IMG/VR virus record: IMGVR_UViG_3300045988_136451
Source of the DNA: a virus
DNA length: 64,000 bases
Strand: one strand, 5' to 3'
The notes under the pieces are model-generated. The model was not told where the DNA came from. It ran no database searches and worked only from the letters and a program-made list of their open reading frames with translations. Positions 36,281-46,100 of the stretch are shown here, in pieces. Made by a program: the position numbers and the translations under genes. The stretch's first letter is position 1. Every line of letters begins with the position of its first letter.

Positions 36281-37228
36281 TTAGTAGAGCGCACCGAGTT
36301 CGGTGCGGGTTGCGGATACGGCCTTGCTCGCGGTCTTCGCCGCGACGTGCCGGGCCGGTGCGACACCGGCGACGCGCTGGGCGCTGCCCACGGCGCGCAG
36401 CTTCTCGGTCGCCAGCTTCATGGCCTCGACGGAGTAGCGGTTGGCGTACTCCTCGCACACGGCGGCATCGCGCACCGTCGGGGCGAGGACACCTGCGGCC
36501 TTCTCGACCTTCACGAGGTCGAGCGCGGCGCAGAACGTCGCCTTGGCGGCCTCCACGGACGCGGGCGGCTTAACGCCCTCGCCGTTGTCCTTGGTGGTGC
36601 CGTCGGGGGCGATGGACTTCTCTTCGAGGTCGTCGGAAACGGCGACCTCGGTTGCCGTGTCCTTCTGCGGAAGATCGGGGGCCTCTGCGGTGTCCTTCAC
36701 GAGGTCGTCGGAGATTTCGCCGTCGGCGGTCTCCGCCTTCTTGCCGCGAGAGGCCACGCGCGCCCTGCGCGCCAGCTTCTTCTTCGACGCGCTGCGCTTG
36801 ACAGCCGCTTCCACGGCATCCTCCACAGCGTCCTCGATGATCTCGGCCAGCTCCTCCTCCGGCAGCGCTGCGGCTTCCGGTATCGCATCGACGATGGCCT
36901 GCACGGCCTCGTCGGAAACGGCATCGGCAACGTCGTCTGCCACGTCCTCCTCCTCGTCATCCACGATGCGCTCGATCTCCTCGGCGTGCTCGTCCTGCGC
37001 GATCTTGTAGGCACGGCGCTTCAGCTTGCGGGCGAAACGCTTTGCCTCCTTGTCGTCGTCGGTCACGTCCTTGGTCTCGGTCTCCGTGACTTCCTTGGTC
37101 TCGTCGTAATCCTCTTGGGAAGTCTTGGCCGTGGGGCGAGCGGACTTGGGCATGGCGGATGCGTTCTTGCGCTTGGCAGCGATGGAGGCCAGCATAGACC
37201 TGCGCTGCTCTGCATTGAGCTTACCCAT
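36281..37228 (-). CDS. Scaffolding protein (about 316 aa from MGKLNAEQRRS)
   Basis: Highly acidic Ala/Glu/Asp/Lys-rich helical sequence immediately upstream of the decoration-like and major capsid genes. RBS gaaaggagcg. Confidence 0.5.
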   Translation of the reverse strand: MGKLNAEQRRSMLASIAAKRKNASAMPKSARPTAKTSQEDYDETKEVTETETKDVTDDDKEAKRFARKLKRRAYKIAQDEHAEEIERIVDDEEEDVADDVADAVSDEAVQAIVDAIPEAAALPEEELAEIIEDAVEDAVEAAVKRSASKKKLARRARVASRGKKAETADGEISDDLVKDTAEAPDLPQKDTATEVAVSDDLEEKSIAPDGTTKDNGEGVKPPASVEAAKATFCAALDLVKVEKAAGVLAPTVRDAAVCEEYANRYSVEAMKLATEKLRAVGSAQRVAGVAPARHVAAKTASKAVSATRTELGALY

Positions 37229-37263
37229 GTAACGCTCCTTTCGTGAAACTAGTGTCTCCTGAA

Positions 37264-37282
37264 CGTGCACGCATGGTGCACG
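37264..37282 (-). promoter_or_regulatory. 7-bp inverted repeat cgtgcac-N5-gtgcacg in the scaffold/capsid operon leader
   Basis: Lies between a hairpin (37322..37345) and the scaffold RBS. Confidence 0.3.
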
Positions 37283-37408
37283 GCTCCATTTTGACACATA
37301 CAGAAAATCGCGCAACATAGAAAGCGCCCCTCCGAAGAGGGGCGCTGCCGGTCTACCACTGGCCGTTCGGCTTATCAGGCTCGTTTCAACCCACGCCCTC
37401 GCGGGCGA

Positions 37409-37657
37409 CTAATCGTAGAAGTACAGTATGCTGCTGTCGTCGGTCACCATCGACGGGCTTACGCCGCCCCTATCGACGAACGGGTCGAGCACGGGCGTTG
37501 TGAACACCGCGTCGCCCTTCACGAAGTAATGCTCGCCGTCGGCGTAGAACGTGTCGTCCCACCTCGTCGATTCGAGCGCGCGGACGAACGCGTTGTCCGC
37601 CGGGGTGCTCCTGTCCCAAGCCTCGCGCAGGAAGTTGTAAAGTTCGAGGTCTGTCAT
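37409..37657 (-). CDS. Small hypothetical protein (about 83 aa from MTDLELYNF)
   Basis: ORF with plausible RBS. Confidence 0.3.
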   Translation of the reverse strand: MTDLELYNFLREAWDRSTPADNAFVRALESTRWDDTFYADGEHYFVKGDAVFTTPVLDPFVDRGGVSPSMVTDDSSILYFYD

Positions 37658-37670
37658 CGCAAGCCCCTTC

Positions 37671-40517
37671 CTACGCACCCAATGCCGCCTTGGAGCCGGT
37701 GCGCCTGCCGACCTCCTCGGTGACGGCGCTCTTCGCGCCCTCCAACGTGTCCTCGTCGCCCTCGGCCATCTTCTCGCCGGACGCGCCGCCGCTCGTCATG
37801 TCGATCAGCTCCCAGTGGTACTTTCCGGGCGTGGAGTAGTCGTAATCGACCTCCATCTCGTACGGGTGCTCGAACTTGGCCCACACGCCGTCCTGCTCCT
37901 CCCAGCCGTCGTCGGCGGTCTTCGCGGAGGCGGTGCGGCCCAGAGCGTCGTCGATGGCGGCCTGCGCGCTCGGGAAGTACCCTTGGCGCGGATAGCCCTT
38001 CACTCCCACGTCTTCGGTGACCCAGTACCAGTTGTAGGTTCCGTCGGCCTCGACTTCGGCGTTCACGATCTTGCCGTCGCCCGTGAAGCGCCACGGGCTT
38101 CCGAGAGCGCCGCCGCCCATGGTCTCGAACTTCGTCCAGCCGTCGGGCGCGGGCGTTGAGCGCCCGGTGTCGTGCCCGTCGCTCGCCGCCGTCTTGGCGG
38201 GGAGGCGCTGGGCGTTCTGCGCCAGCCACTCGTCCGCGAGCCTCGCGCAGTACTCCATGGCAGGCTCGATCATGCAGAAGCCGTCCTCCGGGTTGTCGTA
38301 CTTCGCCAGCAGCTGGTCGTACGGCATGCTTTCGACCTCGGCGTAGGGCAGGCCGTCGATTGAGACGGTCTTGACGCGGGCGATCTCCAAGCTCGGCTCG
38401 TACGCGCCGTCCAGCGTTCCGTCGTAATAGGCGTAGCAGCCCTTCGCGTCGTAGTAGAGGTTTCCGGGAAGGTTCGTCCAGCCAGCCCACGACACGTTGA
38501 CGGTGGAGCCATCGCTTCCGACGTACTTGTACCAGTAGTCTTCGCCCGCATGCTCCCATCCGCCCATCTGCGCGGTCTTTCCGCCGACGAGATGCAATCC
38601 TTCCGCCCTGTCGGAAAGCCAGTCGTGGGCATCGTACGTGGTGTCGAAGTACTCGACATCTTCGCCATCGGAGGCTTGCCAGCAATCGTACTGGTCGTTC
38701 CACTCTATGGCATATCCGTCATAAGTGTACTTGGTGGTGCCGTCAGGCCCCGCGCCCGTCTGCCATGAATCGAGCGACGGAAGCGATGCGGTCTTCGATG
38801 CCGTGGTGACGCGCACGGTCTTGGGAGGCGCTGCGGAAACGACCTCGTTGTACGTCATCTTCTCGAACCGCTCCGCCTGACGCAGGGCGTAGTCCATGTT
38901 CGGCATCATGCCGAACTCGTGCACCTGACCCTTGTCGGAGATGACGGTGAGCTGCGGCTTGGAGCCGATCTGCTGCTGGACGACACCGATGGTCGCCCTC
39001 TTGTCCTTCGTCTGCCCTTCGTAGAAGGCGTAGAACGGCAGCTCCTCGTCATGGTAGCTAATCTCCGGGGCGAGGCCGCCGCTGGCCGTCTTGCGCGGCG
39101 CACGCCTCGCCTCCCTCATTATCCTCTCGATCTCGCTTTTCGCATCTTCCTCATAATCGTCCTCGCCCTCTGCGAGAACGTATCCATAGGCATCCTCGAC
39201 GAACCAAACCCCGTCTTCCGACAGAACCGCGCGGGTTCCGTTGTCGCCGGTCGCCTTCCACCCGTTATATCCGTTGTCCTTCCACACGACATCAGCCGTC
39301 TTGCCGCGCGACGCGCGTTTTGCAGCGCCGACGAAAGACCGGACGGAAACGTCGATGTCCTTCCCGTCGTTGTATTCCTTCTCGAAGGAAACCGTGTATT
39401 CGTCCCAAACGGAGAAGTCGTCGAAAGGCGCTTCCCTGCCGGAGACCATCTGGGATATTTTGCGCGTCATCTCGCCGTCCAGCTCAACGTCGCTCCGCAT
39501 GTGCACGTTGATGCCGTCAAACACCTGCCCGTAATTGAACTCGGACGACACCTTCCTCGATGCCGTGCGGCGCGCGGAGCGCTTGCGCCCTGCGGAGCGG
39601 GCCGCCCTGTTCTCCGCGCTCTTCTTCTCCATGTCGTCGTCCTTTCCATCGGTCTCCCGCTCGACCTCTCCGATGCCTTCGTTGAACTCGTCCTCCTCGG
39701 ACGGGTCGAGGTCGATGAGCAGCTTGTGAAGCTCTCCGGCGTGCTCCTTCTCCTCGTCGCGTATGTCCTCCAAGCCCTTGCGCACGGGGTCGCCCTCGGG
39801 CAGGAGGTCGATGTAGGCGCTGTACATCAGGATAGCGTCGTTCTCCGCCTTCATGTTGTCGCGGATGGCGCGCTTCTTCAGCTCCTCCTCCGAAAGCTCC
39901 TCGGGGTCAACCGGCATCTGCTGCGCGGTCTTCCCCTCCTTCCATTCGCCCTCGATGCCGTCGGCTTCGAGCTTCGCCACGACGGCATCGTACAGCTCGC
40001 CGCCGAGCGCGTCTTGGACGATCTGCCAGTAGCGGTTGTCGTGCTCCTCCATGGCGGTGCCGTGGTCGTATCCGGCCAAGTCCCCCGCCACGAGCCAGTC
40101 AACGACGGCCTGAACCGTGCGGTCGTCCGGCATGGACGCGCTCTTGGGCATCCTGCCGCTCCCTGACACCTCTTCTGTGTCCCTGCCGTACTCCGGCAGC
40201 GTTTTGAACTCGACGCGCCCCACATCGGCTCCTGTTCCCTCGGAGGCGGCGTTGCGCCCCATGCACAGGGGCAGCTTCCCGCTGCCCTCGATCAATTTGC
40301 AGAACTCGCGCGCCTCGTCCTCGTCCGCGCACACCTTGAACCGCGCCGCCTCGTTCGGCTTGTCCTTCTCGAAGACACCGGCCCACACGGTGTCGCCGGT
40401 CTTGTCTATCGAGTAGTTGAACGCCTCGCCGCACGATGTCAGGACGCGGGGCATCTCCTCTTTCCATCGCAGGGCCGTCTTCGCGCCCCGCTCGATTATT
40501 TTATCGGGCTTGCCCAT
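37671..40517 (-). CDS. Giant acidic protein, 948 aa, with a ferritin/rubrerythrin-like ExxH motif; candidate virion-internal or anti-defence protein
   Basis: RBS gaaggag. Very Asp/Glu-rich. ENDAILMYSAYIDLLP...EDIRDEEKEHAGELHKLL resembles a ferritin-like diiron motif. Confidence 0.35.
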   Translation of the reverse strand: MGKPDKIIERGAKTALRWKEEMPRVLTSCGEAFNYSIDKTGDTVWAGVFEKDKPNEAARFKVCADEDEAREFCKLIEGSGKLPLCMGRNAASEGTGADVGRVEFKTLPEYGRDTEEVSGSGRMPKSASMPDDRTVQAVVDWLVAGDLAGYDHGTAMEEHDNRYWQIVQDALGGELYDAVVAKLEADGIEGEWKEGKTAQQMPVDPEELSEEELKKRAIRDNMKAENDAILMYSAYIDLLPEGDPVRKGLEDIRDEEKEHAGELHKLLIDLDPSEEDEFNEGIGEVERETDGKDDDMEKKSAENRAARSAGRKRSARRTASRKVSSEFNYGQVFDGINVHMRSDVELDGEMTRKISQMVSGREAPFDDFSVWDEYTVSFEKEYNDGKDIDVSVRSFVGAAKRASRGKTADVVWKDNGYNGWKATGDNGTRAVLSEDGVWFVEDAYGYVLAEGEDDYEEDAKSEIERIMREARRAPRKTASGGLAPEISYHDEELPFYAFYEGQTKDKRATIGVVQQQIGSKPQLTVISDKGQVHEFGMMPNMDYALRQAERFEKMTYNEVVSAAPPKTVRVTTASKTASLPSLDSWQTGAGPDGTTKYTYDGYAIEWNDQYDCWQASDGEDVEYFDTTYDAHDWLSDRAEGLHLVGGKTAQMGGWEHAGEDYWYKYVGSDGSTVNVSWAGWTNLPGNLYYDAKGCYAYYDGTLDGAYEPSLEIARVKTVSIDGLPYAEVESMPYDQLLAKYDNPEDGFCMIEPAMEYCARLADEWLAQNAQRLPAKTAASDGHDTGRSTPAPDGWTKFETMGGGALGSPWRFTGDGKIVNAEVEADGTYNWYWVTEDVGVKGYPRQGYFPSAQAAIDDALGRTASAKTADDGWEEQDGVWAKFEHPYEMEVDYDYSTPGKYHWELIDMTSGGASGEKMAEGDEDTLEGAKSAVTEEVGRRTGSKAALGA
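40492..40507. repeat. Copy of TCGATTATTTTATCGg (codons 4-8 of the giant acidic protein gene)
   Basis: Encodes DKIIE, as at 13384. Confidence 0.45.
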
Positions 40518-40575
40518 GCTCGCTCCTTCAAAAGTCCGAAGGGGAGGGGCCTCGCCCTCCCCTGAAAGCTGTCTC

Positions 40576-42201
40576 CTACCGGTTCCACGCCGGGTCGTAC
40601 GCGAACGGAACCTCGTACCACGGTTTGCCGTCGATCTCGTCGATGAACGTGCTCACTTGGTTCTTGAACTCGTATCCGTCGATGATCGCGGTCGTCTCCG
40701 GGGTCACGCGCAGGTACAGATCGCTGTTCCAATGGCTGATGTCGCTGTCGGGAACGCCGCTGCGCTCGATCTCCTCGAACAGGCTTGCGGTCTTCTTGGT
40801 CATGGATGCGGCCTTCCTCTTGGTTTTCCTCGCTGCCGCCATCTTACCACAAGTCTTAACTTTTGTCTTAACTTTTTCTCCGACTTTTTCCCTTACGTTC
40901 TTCTCCGCCAAAGCGACCAGCATGCGCGCGTGGATGTCGTTGCCGAGCGCGGTGCGGGAGGCGACGCGGAACGCGAAGCCGTTGTCGATGGTGTAGCCGT
41001 CGTTGATAACGATGTCGCGCCCGAAGCCCTCGTAGTCGAAGTACATCTCCTTCTCGTCGTCGCTGATGCCGTCGAAGCCAAACTCATCGACGATGCGGTA
41101 CCCCAAGTCGCGCTCGTCGTACACGTCGCTCCAATAGTCAACGTCGTCGATGTGCTCGGCGACGTATTCAAGGCTTTCGTAGTCGAGCAGCGCGTCGAGC
41201 AGATCGTCGTCGAGGTCTGCGTCCTCTATGGCCTCCACCCACTCGTTCACGCTGTATATGTCGTCGTACTCGCCGACGCTGCTGCCAAGCCCGTCGGTGT
41301 CGGAGATCATGACCTCCTCGTAGAACTCGCCGTCGGGGCCGGTCTGCGCGCGCTCGATGGCCTCCTCGATCTCGCTCTCGGAGGCTGGCAGCTTCAACCA
41401 GTCGCCGTTGGTGGGGTTGGACACCGCGCCGATGAATATCTCGCAGTCGCCGCCGAACGCCACCTTGCGCGCGGCCCATGCCCTGTAGCGCGCCTCCTTC
41501 GTCGCGAGGCGCGGCTTGCGGGACGCGTGCTTCGGCATCTTCTCGACCTCGGCCTTGTACTCCGCATAGGCCTCCTTGTCGGTCAGCTTCGCGCAGGCGA
41601 CCATGCCCACGGCGCAGCCCATGCCCGCGAGGTGGTGCAGCACCTCGTCGTTGACCTTCCTCGCCATGCGGCGCTCCGCCATGCGGGACGCAACCCATTC
41701 CGCCTTGGCGATCTCCCCTGCGGGCACGCCGTCGGGGTCTCCGTCCATGAGGTCGTCAGCCGCGTCGGTAAGCTCGTCGATGTCCTGCGCGACCCTGAAC
41801 GCGGCGCTCTCCTTCTCGTGCGCCTTCAGGTGCTCTTCCAAAGCGTCGTCGGCATCGTTCTTGGCATCCTCGATGCTGTCGGAATGCCCGCTGTCCACGG
41901 TGCGGTCGTCGGTGTCCAGCACGTCCCAGCGGTAGCGCTTCTCGCCGCCGTCGTCCCACTTGACGGTCGCCTGATAGCCGCCGTCGTGCTTGCGCCACGT
42001 GGTGTCCTTCTCGTCCGGGTTCCCCTCGTTGTCTGCCTTCCATTCAGCGGCCATCTTGCGGCCTCCTTCCATGCGCTTCAGGCGCTTCAGCTCGTCTCGC
42101 TGGTGGTCTGTCTCGTCGTAGTCGTAAGGCAGCGCGAAGTCCGTCACGCAGTCGCCGTCGCCCTCGCGAGCCTTGCGGCTCATACCCTTAACAAGCTCCA
42201 T
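40576..42201 (-). CDS. ardA: ArdA-like anti-restriction domain embedded in a 541 aa fusion protein
   Basis: Central region IFIGAVSNPTNGDWLKLP ... EKEMYFDYEGFGRDIVINDGYTIDNGFAFRV matches the ArdA family signature (compare Tn916 ArdA VYIANLGKYNEGELVGAW ... YIDYQAYGRDLDLSGTFISTNHGIFEI). Acidic N-terminal and basic C-terminal extensions. RBS taaggagag. Confidence 0.55.
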   Translation of the reverse strand: MELVKGMSRKAREGDGDCVTDFALPYDYDETDHQRDELKRLKRMEGGRKMAAEWKADNEGNPDEKDTTWRKHDGGYQATVKWDDGGEKRYRWDVLDTDDRTVDSGHSDSIEDAKNDADDALEEHLKAHEKESAAFRVAQDIDELTDAADDLMDGDPDGVPAGEIAKAEWVASRMAERRMARKVNDEVLHHLAGMGCAVGMVACAKLTDKEAYAEYKAEVEKMPKHASRKPRLATKEARYRAWAARKVAFGGDCEIFIGAVSNPTNGDWLKLPASESEIEEAIERAQTGPDGEFYEEVMISDTDGLGSSVGEYDDIYSVNEWVEAIEDADLDDDLLDALLDYESLEYVAEHIDDVDYWSDVYDERDLGYRIVDEFGFDGISDDEKEMYFDYEGFGRDIVINDGYTIDNGFAFRVASRTALGNDIHARMLVALAEKNVREKVGEKVKTKVKTCGKMAAARKTKRKAASMTKKTASLFEEIERSGVPDSDISHWNSDLYLRVTPETTAIIDGYEFKNQVSTFIDEIDGKPWYEVPFAYDPAWNR

Positions 42202-42211
42202 CTTTCTCTCC

Positions 42212-43123
42212 TTACTCGCCGAAGACGCAGGCGGTAAAATCGAACGTGTATTCCGTGCCGTCCGTCTTGCTCTCGGCATCCTCGGCGCTCGCGTACAGCG
42301 TCGCCGTGAACTCCTTCACATCCTTCTGAATGGCGGCGACGAGGTTGATGGCTCCCGGCCCGTCGCCCGTCTGGCCGAACACAAGCGTCTTCTCGCCGCT
42401 GCCGAGCGTCTGGCGGACGAACGCGGAGCCGTCAGCCGCCTTCATCTCGAACGCGGCGTAGTAGCCCGTTCTGTCCTCCTCTGCGGCGAAGAACTCCGTC
42501 CAGTCGGGAACGTGGTTGACGGTTCCACCGAAGACGACGTTCGTGCCTTCGACTCTCGCGGTGAGGCCGCTCGTCAGCTCGCCTAGGTTCTTACCGGCGA
42601 AGTTCGTTCCGGCGAAGTCCGTCTTCCCTATCGTCAGCGCCGCTGGCTGCGGCGGCTCCGCGACGAGGGCTTCCGGCGCTTCTGAAACGGTTATCTTCGC
42701 CTGACCGACCGACATCAGCATGCACACCGGGTTCCCGTCGCCGACCGTCAAGCGACCGTTGGCATCCGATTCGAGCAGCACGCGGCCTCCCGACTTCAAC
42801 GTCGCCTCCGCCGCCTCCCAGTCAGCATCCTTGTCGATGACGGAGCGCGACACGTCCGCCATCGCCCCGCCTCCGAAGACGAGAACGCCAGCGCTGGGAA
42901 CCTCCCAGACATTGTGCGTCCTGTACGTCGAGAACAGCCCCAAGGGGCGCTCCGCCCCGGTTGACGGCCTCACCCCGTCAGGCCCCATGCAGGCGACCAT
43001 GCCCGGCATGATGTCGTGCCTCGAAGGGTCAACGGGCCAATCTTGGAACGTCGCCTGCGTCTTCGTGAACAATGGTTTCAGGGTTCGATGCTCCTGCGTT
43101 GCGAAATTTGACACTATAGCCAT
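42212..43123 (-). CDS. Capsid-associated protein, 303 aa, paralogous to the decoration-like protein 35748..36257, with a C-terminal extension
   Basis: Shared N-terminal HRTLKPLFTKTQAT and central W.AE.A.LK.G..V.L.S.A.G.LT blocks. Confidence 0.35.
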   Translation of the reverse strand: MAIVSNFATQEHRTLKPLFTKTQATFQDWPVDPSRHDIMPGMVACMGPDGVRPSTGAERPLGLFSTYRTHNVWEVPSAGVLVFGGGAMADVSRSVIDKDADWEAAEATLKSGGRVLLESDANGRLTVGDGNPVCMLMSVGQAKITVSEAPEALVAEPPQPAALTIGKTDFAGTNFAGKNLGELTSGLTARVEGTNVVFGGTVNHVPDWTEFFAAEEDRTGYYAAFEMKAADGSAFVRQTLGSGEKTLVFGQTGDGPGAINLVAAIQKDVKEFTATLYASAEDAESKTDGTEYTFDFTACVFGE

Positions 43124-46100
43124 CTGCTTTCCTTTCCGATAACTCCGCCGCGCATCAATTCGTCAAGCGATGCGGAGTAAGAGGCGATCTTACCTCCGCT
43201 CGCAAGATCGTAGTCTATGCCCTCTGCGTACCCGGCATCGGCGAGCGCCGCGAGCACGGTGCCCTGATCGTCCGGAACGTCGAACAGGCGGGCCGCGATG
43301 CGGGCATCGTCGGTGTCCTCCGCGTACTCCTCCTCGGCATCTTCGGTCACCTCCGCGTCAGGCTCCTCCGCATCGTCCAAGTCCTTGCGCAGCTCCTTGT
43401 TCTCCTGCGCCTCCTCCGTGTCGATGTCGCCGAAGCCCTCGGCGTACTCGACGTACTCGCACACGTCGCAGTAGATGCCGTCGAAGTCGGGGCTTCCGCA
43501 TATCGGGCACACGCGGTCGGAGTTCTGCATGTCCACCTCTTCGGGGATGCGCAGCTTGTTCACCATGTTGTCGGCCAGCTTGTAGTGACCGGCGATCTCT
43601 TGGAGGGCATCGGCGTAGAACTCCTCGTCGGCATCGGCGGCCTCCTCGACGGCGCTCCACACCTCTGCGGCAAGCTCGTCGTAGCTGTCGAAGGACAGGC
43701 CGAGGCTGTCGTACTCCTCGATGAAGTCGTTGGCGAAGCCGCTTGCGTCGTCTGCGGAGCCTTCCTTGCCCTCGCCGAACGGCTCGATGCCGAACCTCCT
43801 GCACGCGGCGTTCACCTTGTCGATGACGGCCTGCCTGTCATCGGACGGTATCTCGACCTTGTTCCCGCGATAGCCCTTGCCGAGCGCGGCCTTCGCCGCA
43901 GCGGCATGGTCTTTGTCCGAGATGTCCAGCTTCCAATCGCTCGGATTGTCGGTCGGAGTGTACGCATAGTCCGACTTGCTCTTCTCCGCCGCCGTCACCC
44001 GAAGCAGCGTCCGCGCCTCGTCGTATACTTCATCGTTCATGTCGGTGTGCCTCCATTGCATCGTCCCGAACATATGGTCGGCAAGCGTCCCGTCTGCTCC
44101 GCTGCCCACGTAGCTCTCCACCACGTCGTTCACTTTCTTGTCGAAGATGCAGTCGTAGTTCTCCGTGTTCTCGAAGTCAGACCACCTCGCATAGCCGTAC
44201 AGCTCGCCGCCGTACATCTGCCTGTTGATGCCGTCGAGGTACCAGTTGCACCCGCCAACGCCGTAGCCCCAATGGTCGGAGCCGCGAACAACGCCGTCAG
44301 GGAAGTACCAGTACTCGGAGCCTGATTCGCTCGTGTAGTCGGGAGCGCCCTGCGGCCTGTCCTCCACCTCCGCGAAGTCCGCCTCGGTCTCTATGTAGAA
44401 GTTGTCGGGGCCGAACTCCCTTTCCTTCGCGGCGACCTTGGCGGTCTTCGCCTCGGCCTCCAACGCCTGCACGGTGGCCGTCGGGTCTGCCGGGTCGTAC
44501 ACCCAGCTCTCCTCGAAGAACGCTATGCCGTTGCATATCTCGAACGCGAGAACGCCGTCGAACTCGCGCCCCTTCTGCTTGATGTGGTTGCAGAACTGGG
44601 CGGGCTGCTCTGCCACGTTCCCGCACACCGAGCACGTCGTGGTCTCGCAATTATGAACGGCATACCCCTCGGCAATATAACTATGATCTTCCTCAACTTC
44701 AAAGTTATACACCATCCCCGTGTACGGAAGAACCCTTATGCGGTCTATGCGCCTCCAAGTGCCTTGTTCGTCAACATAGCACATCATCATTTTCTTCTGT
44801 TCTTCGGAGCGATCTCCATAAGAGACGTAACGTGTGTGTTTGGCAATATCGGATATTCTCTCGGAAGACCTAGCGATTGGTTTGGACATCTTGATGCCAA
44901 GTTGAGTGCATATTGAAAATATCTGATATGCAAGGTCTTTTGAAACGGTGGAATATGCGACCCTGCGATCATCAATGTAATGTCCGTCTCCATTAAGATA
45001 CGCTTCGACAAGATCGCCAAGACACTCATCATCCCAGCGCATTGCTTCGTCGCTTATTCTTTTCCCATGGGAATACTTCCCACCATGCTCTAACATCATA
45101 TTTGCAAGTTCCGGTGAATTGCACCTTATCGTAGCAGCTCCACGCTTGATATACGGCCCAACCGCCTTATATCCGAGTTCAGAGCAAAGCGCCATGACTT
45201 CATCGTGATAATCAGTCTCGCTATCGCAAAACGTCCACTCGACAAACGCTGGTGCGCCAACACCAATGTTCAGCTTTTTGTCATATCCGAAGTTTCCCTC
45301 TGCGAGATAGTATCCAAGGAGCCTTGCGAACGCGCGATTCCCGCCACGCGATGTGCGAACGGGCTTCGGGTCGAGAACGTAATCTCCAACCTCCAAGTCA
45401 CTCGCAATGACCCATCCTTCAAAATCGGGCTGGTATCCATGGCCGTCAACGCCGTTCTTCGCGGCCTCGCGCACATGCGCCGCAAGGCTTCTATGGCTCT
45501 TGAACGAGCGCCCGCAAATGCAAGAATGCTCTGCATTGTCGCCATCATGAGCTATCCTGCTTTCACGTATGGTTCGCATCGCGTCGTTCTTCATTCGACG
45601 CACCCAGACGGGATGCTCGTCGGTAAGAACCATCGGACGTTTGCTTCCATAAGATCGCACCTCATACACGATTCCGGAATGCAAGCTCGCCATCGTGTCG
45701 GCAACCCTTCGCACGTTCCCAAGATGCGTTATAACCTCATCGCCGACCGCAACGTCTTCGATGTTTTTGACGGTGCCGTTTGACATAGTTATATGCGTTC
45801 CGGGAACAAAGCAGTTGAGGCCCATGGAAACGGTGTCGATGTCGCCGCTGCGGATGAGCGCGCACAGCCTCGGGAACGTAACCTCGTCCATCTCCATCAG
45901 AATCTCTATCCAACGGTCTTCCGGGTCTTCGTCGTGGTACACCGCGTCGATGATGTAGCCGCGCGCCCTGTCGAGGTTCGTGTTCGAGTGGTTCACGTAC
46001 ACCGGCTTGCCGACGAACGTGCGGTACGCGGTCTTCAGCTCCTCGTGCGGCAGCATGTCGAAGTTCAGGTTCGGAACGTCTGCGGTGCATGCGCGGACGG

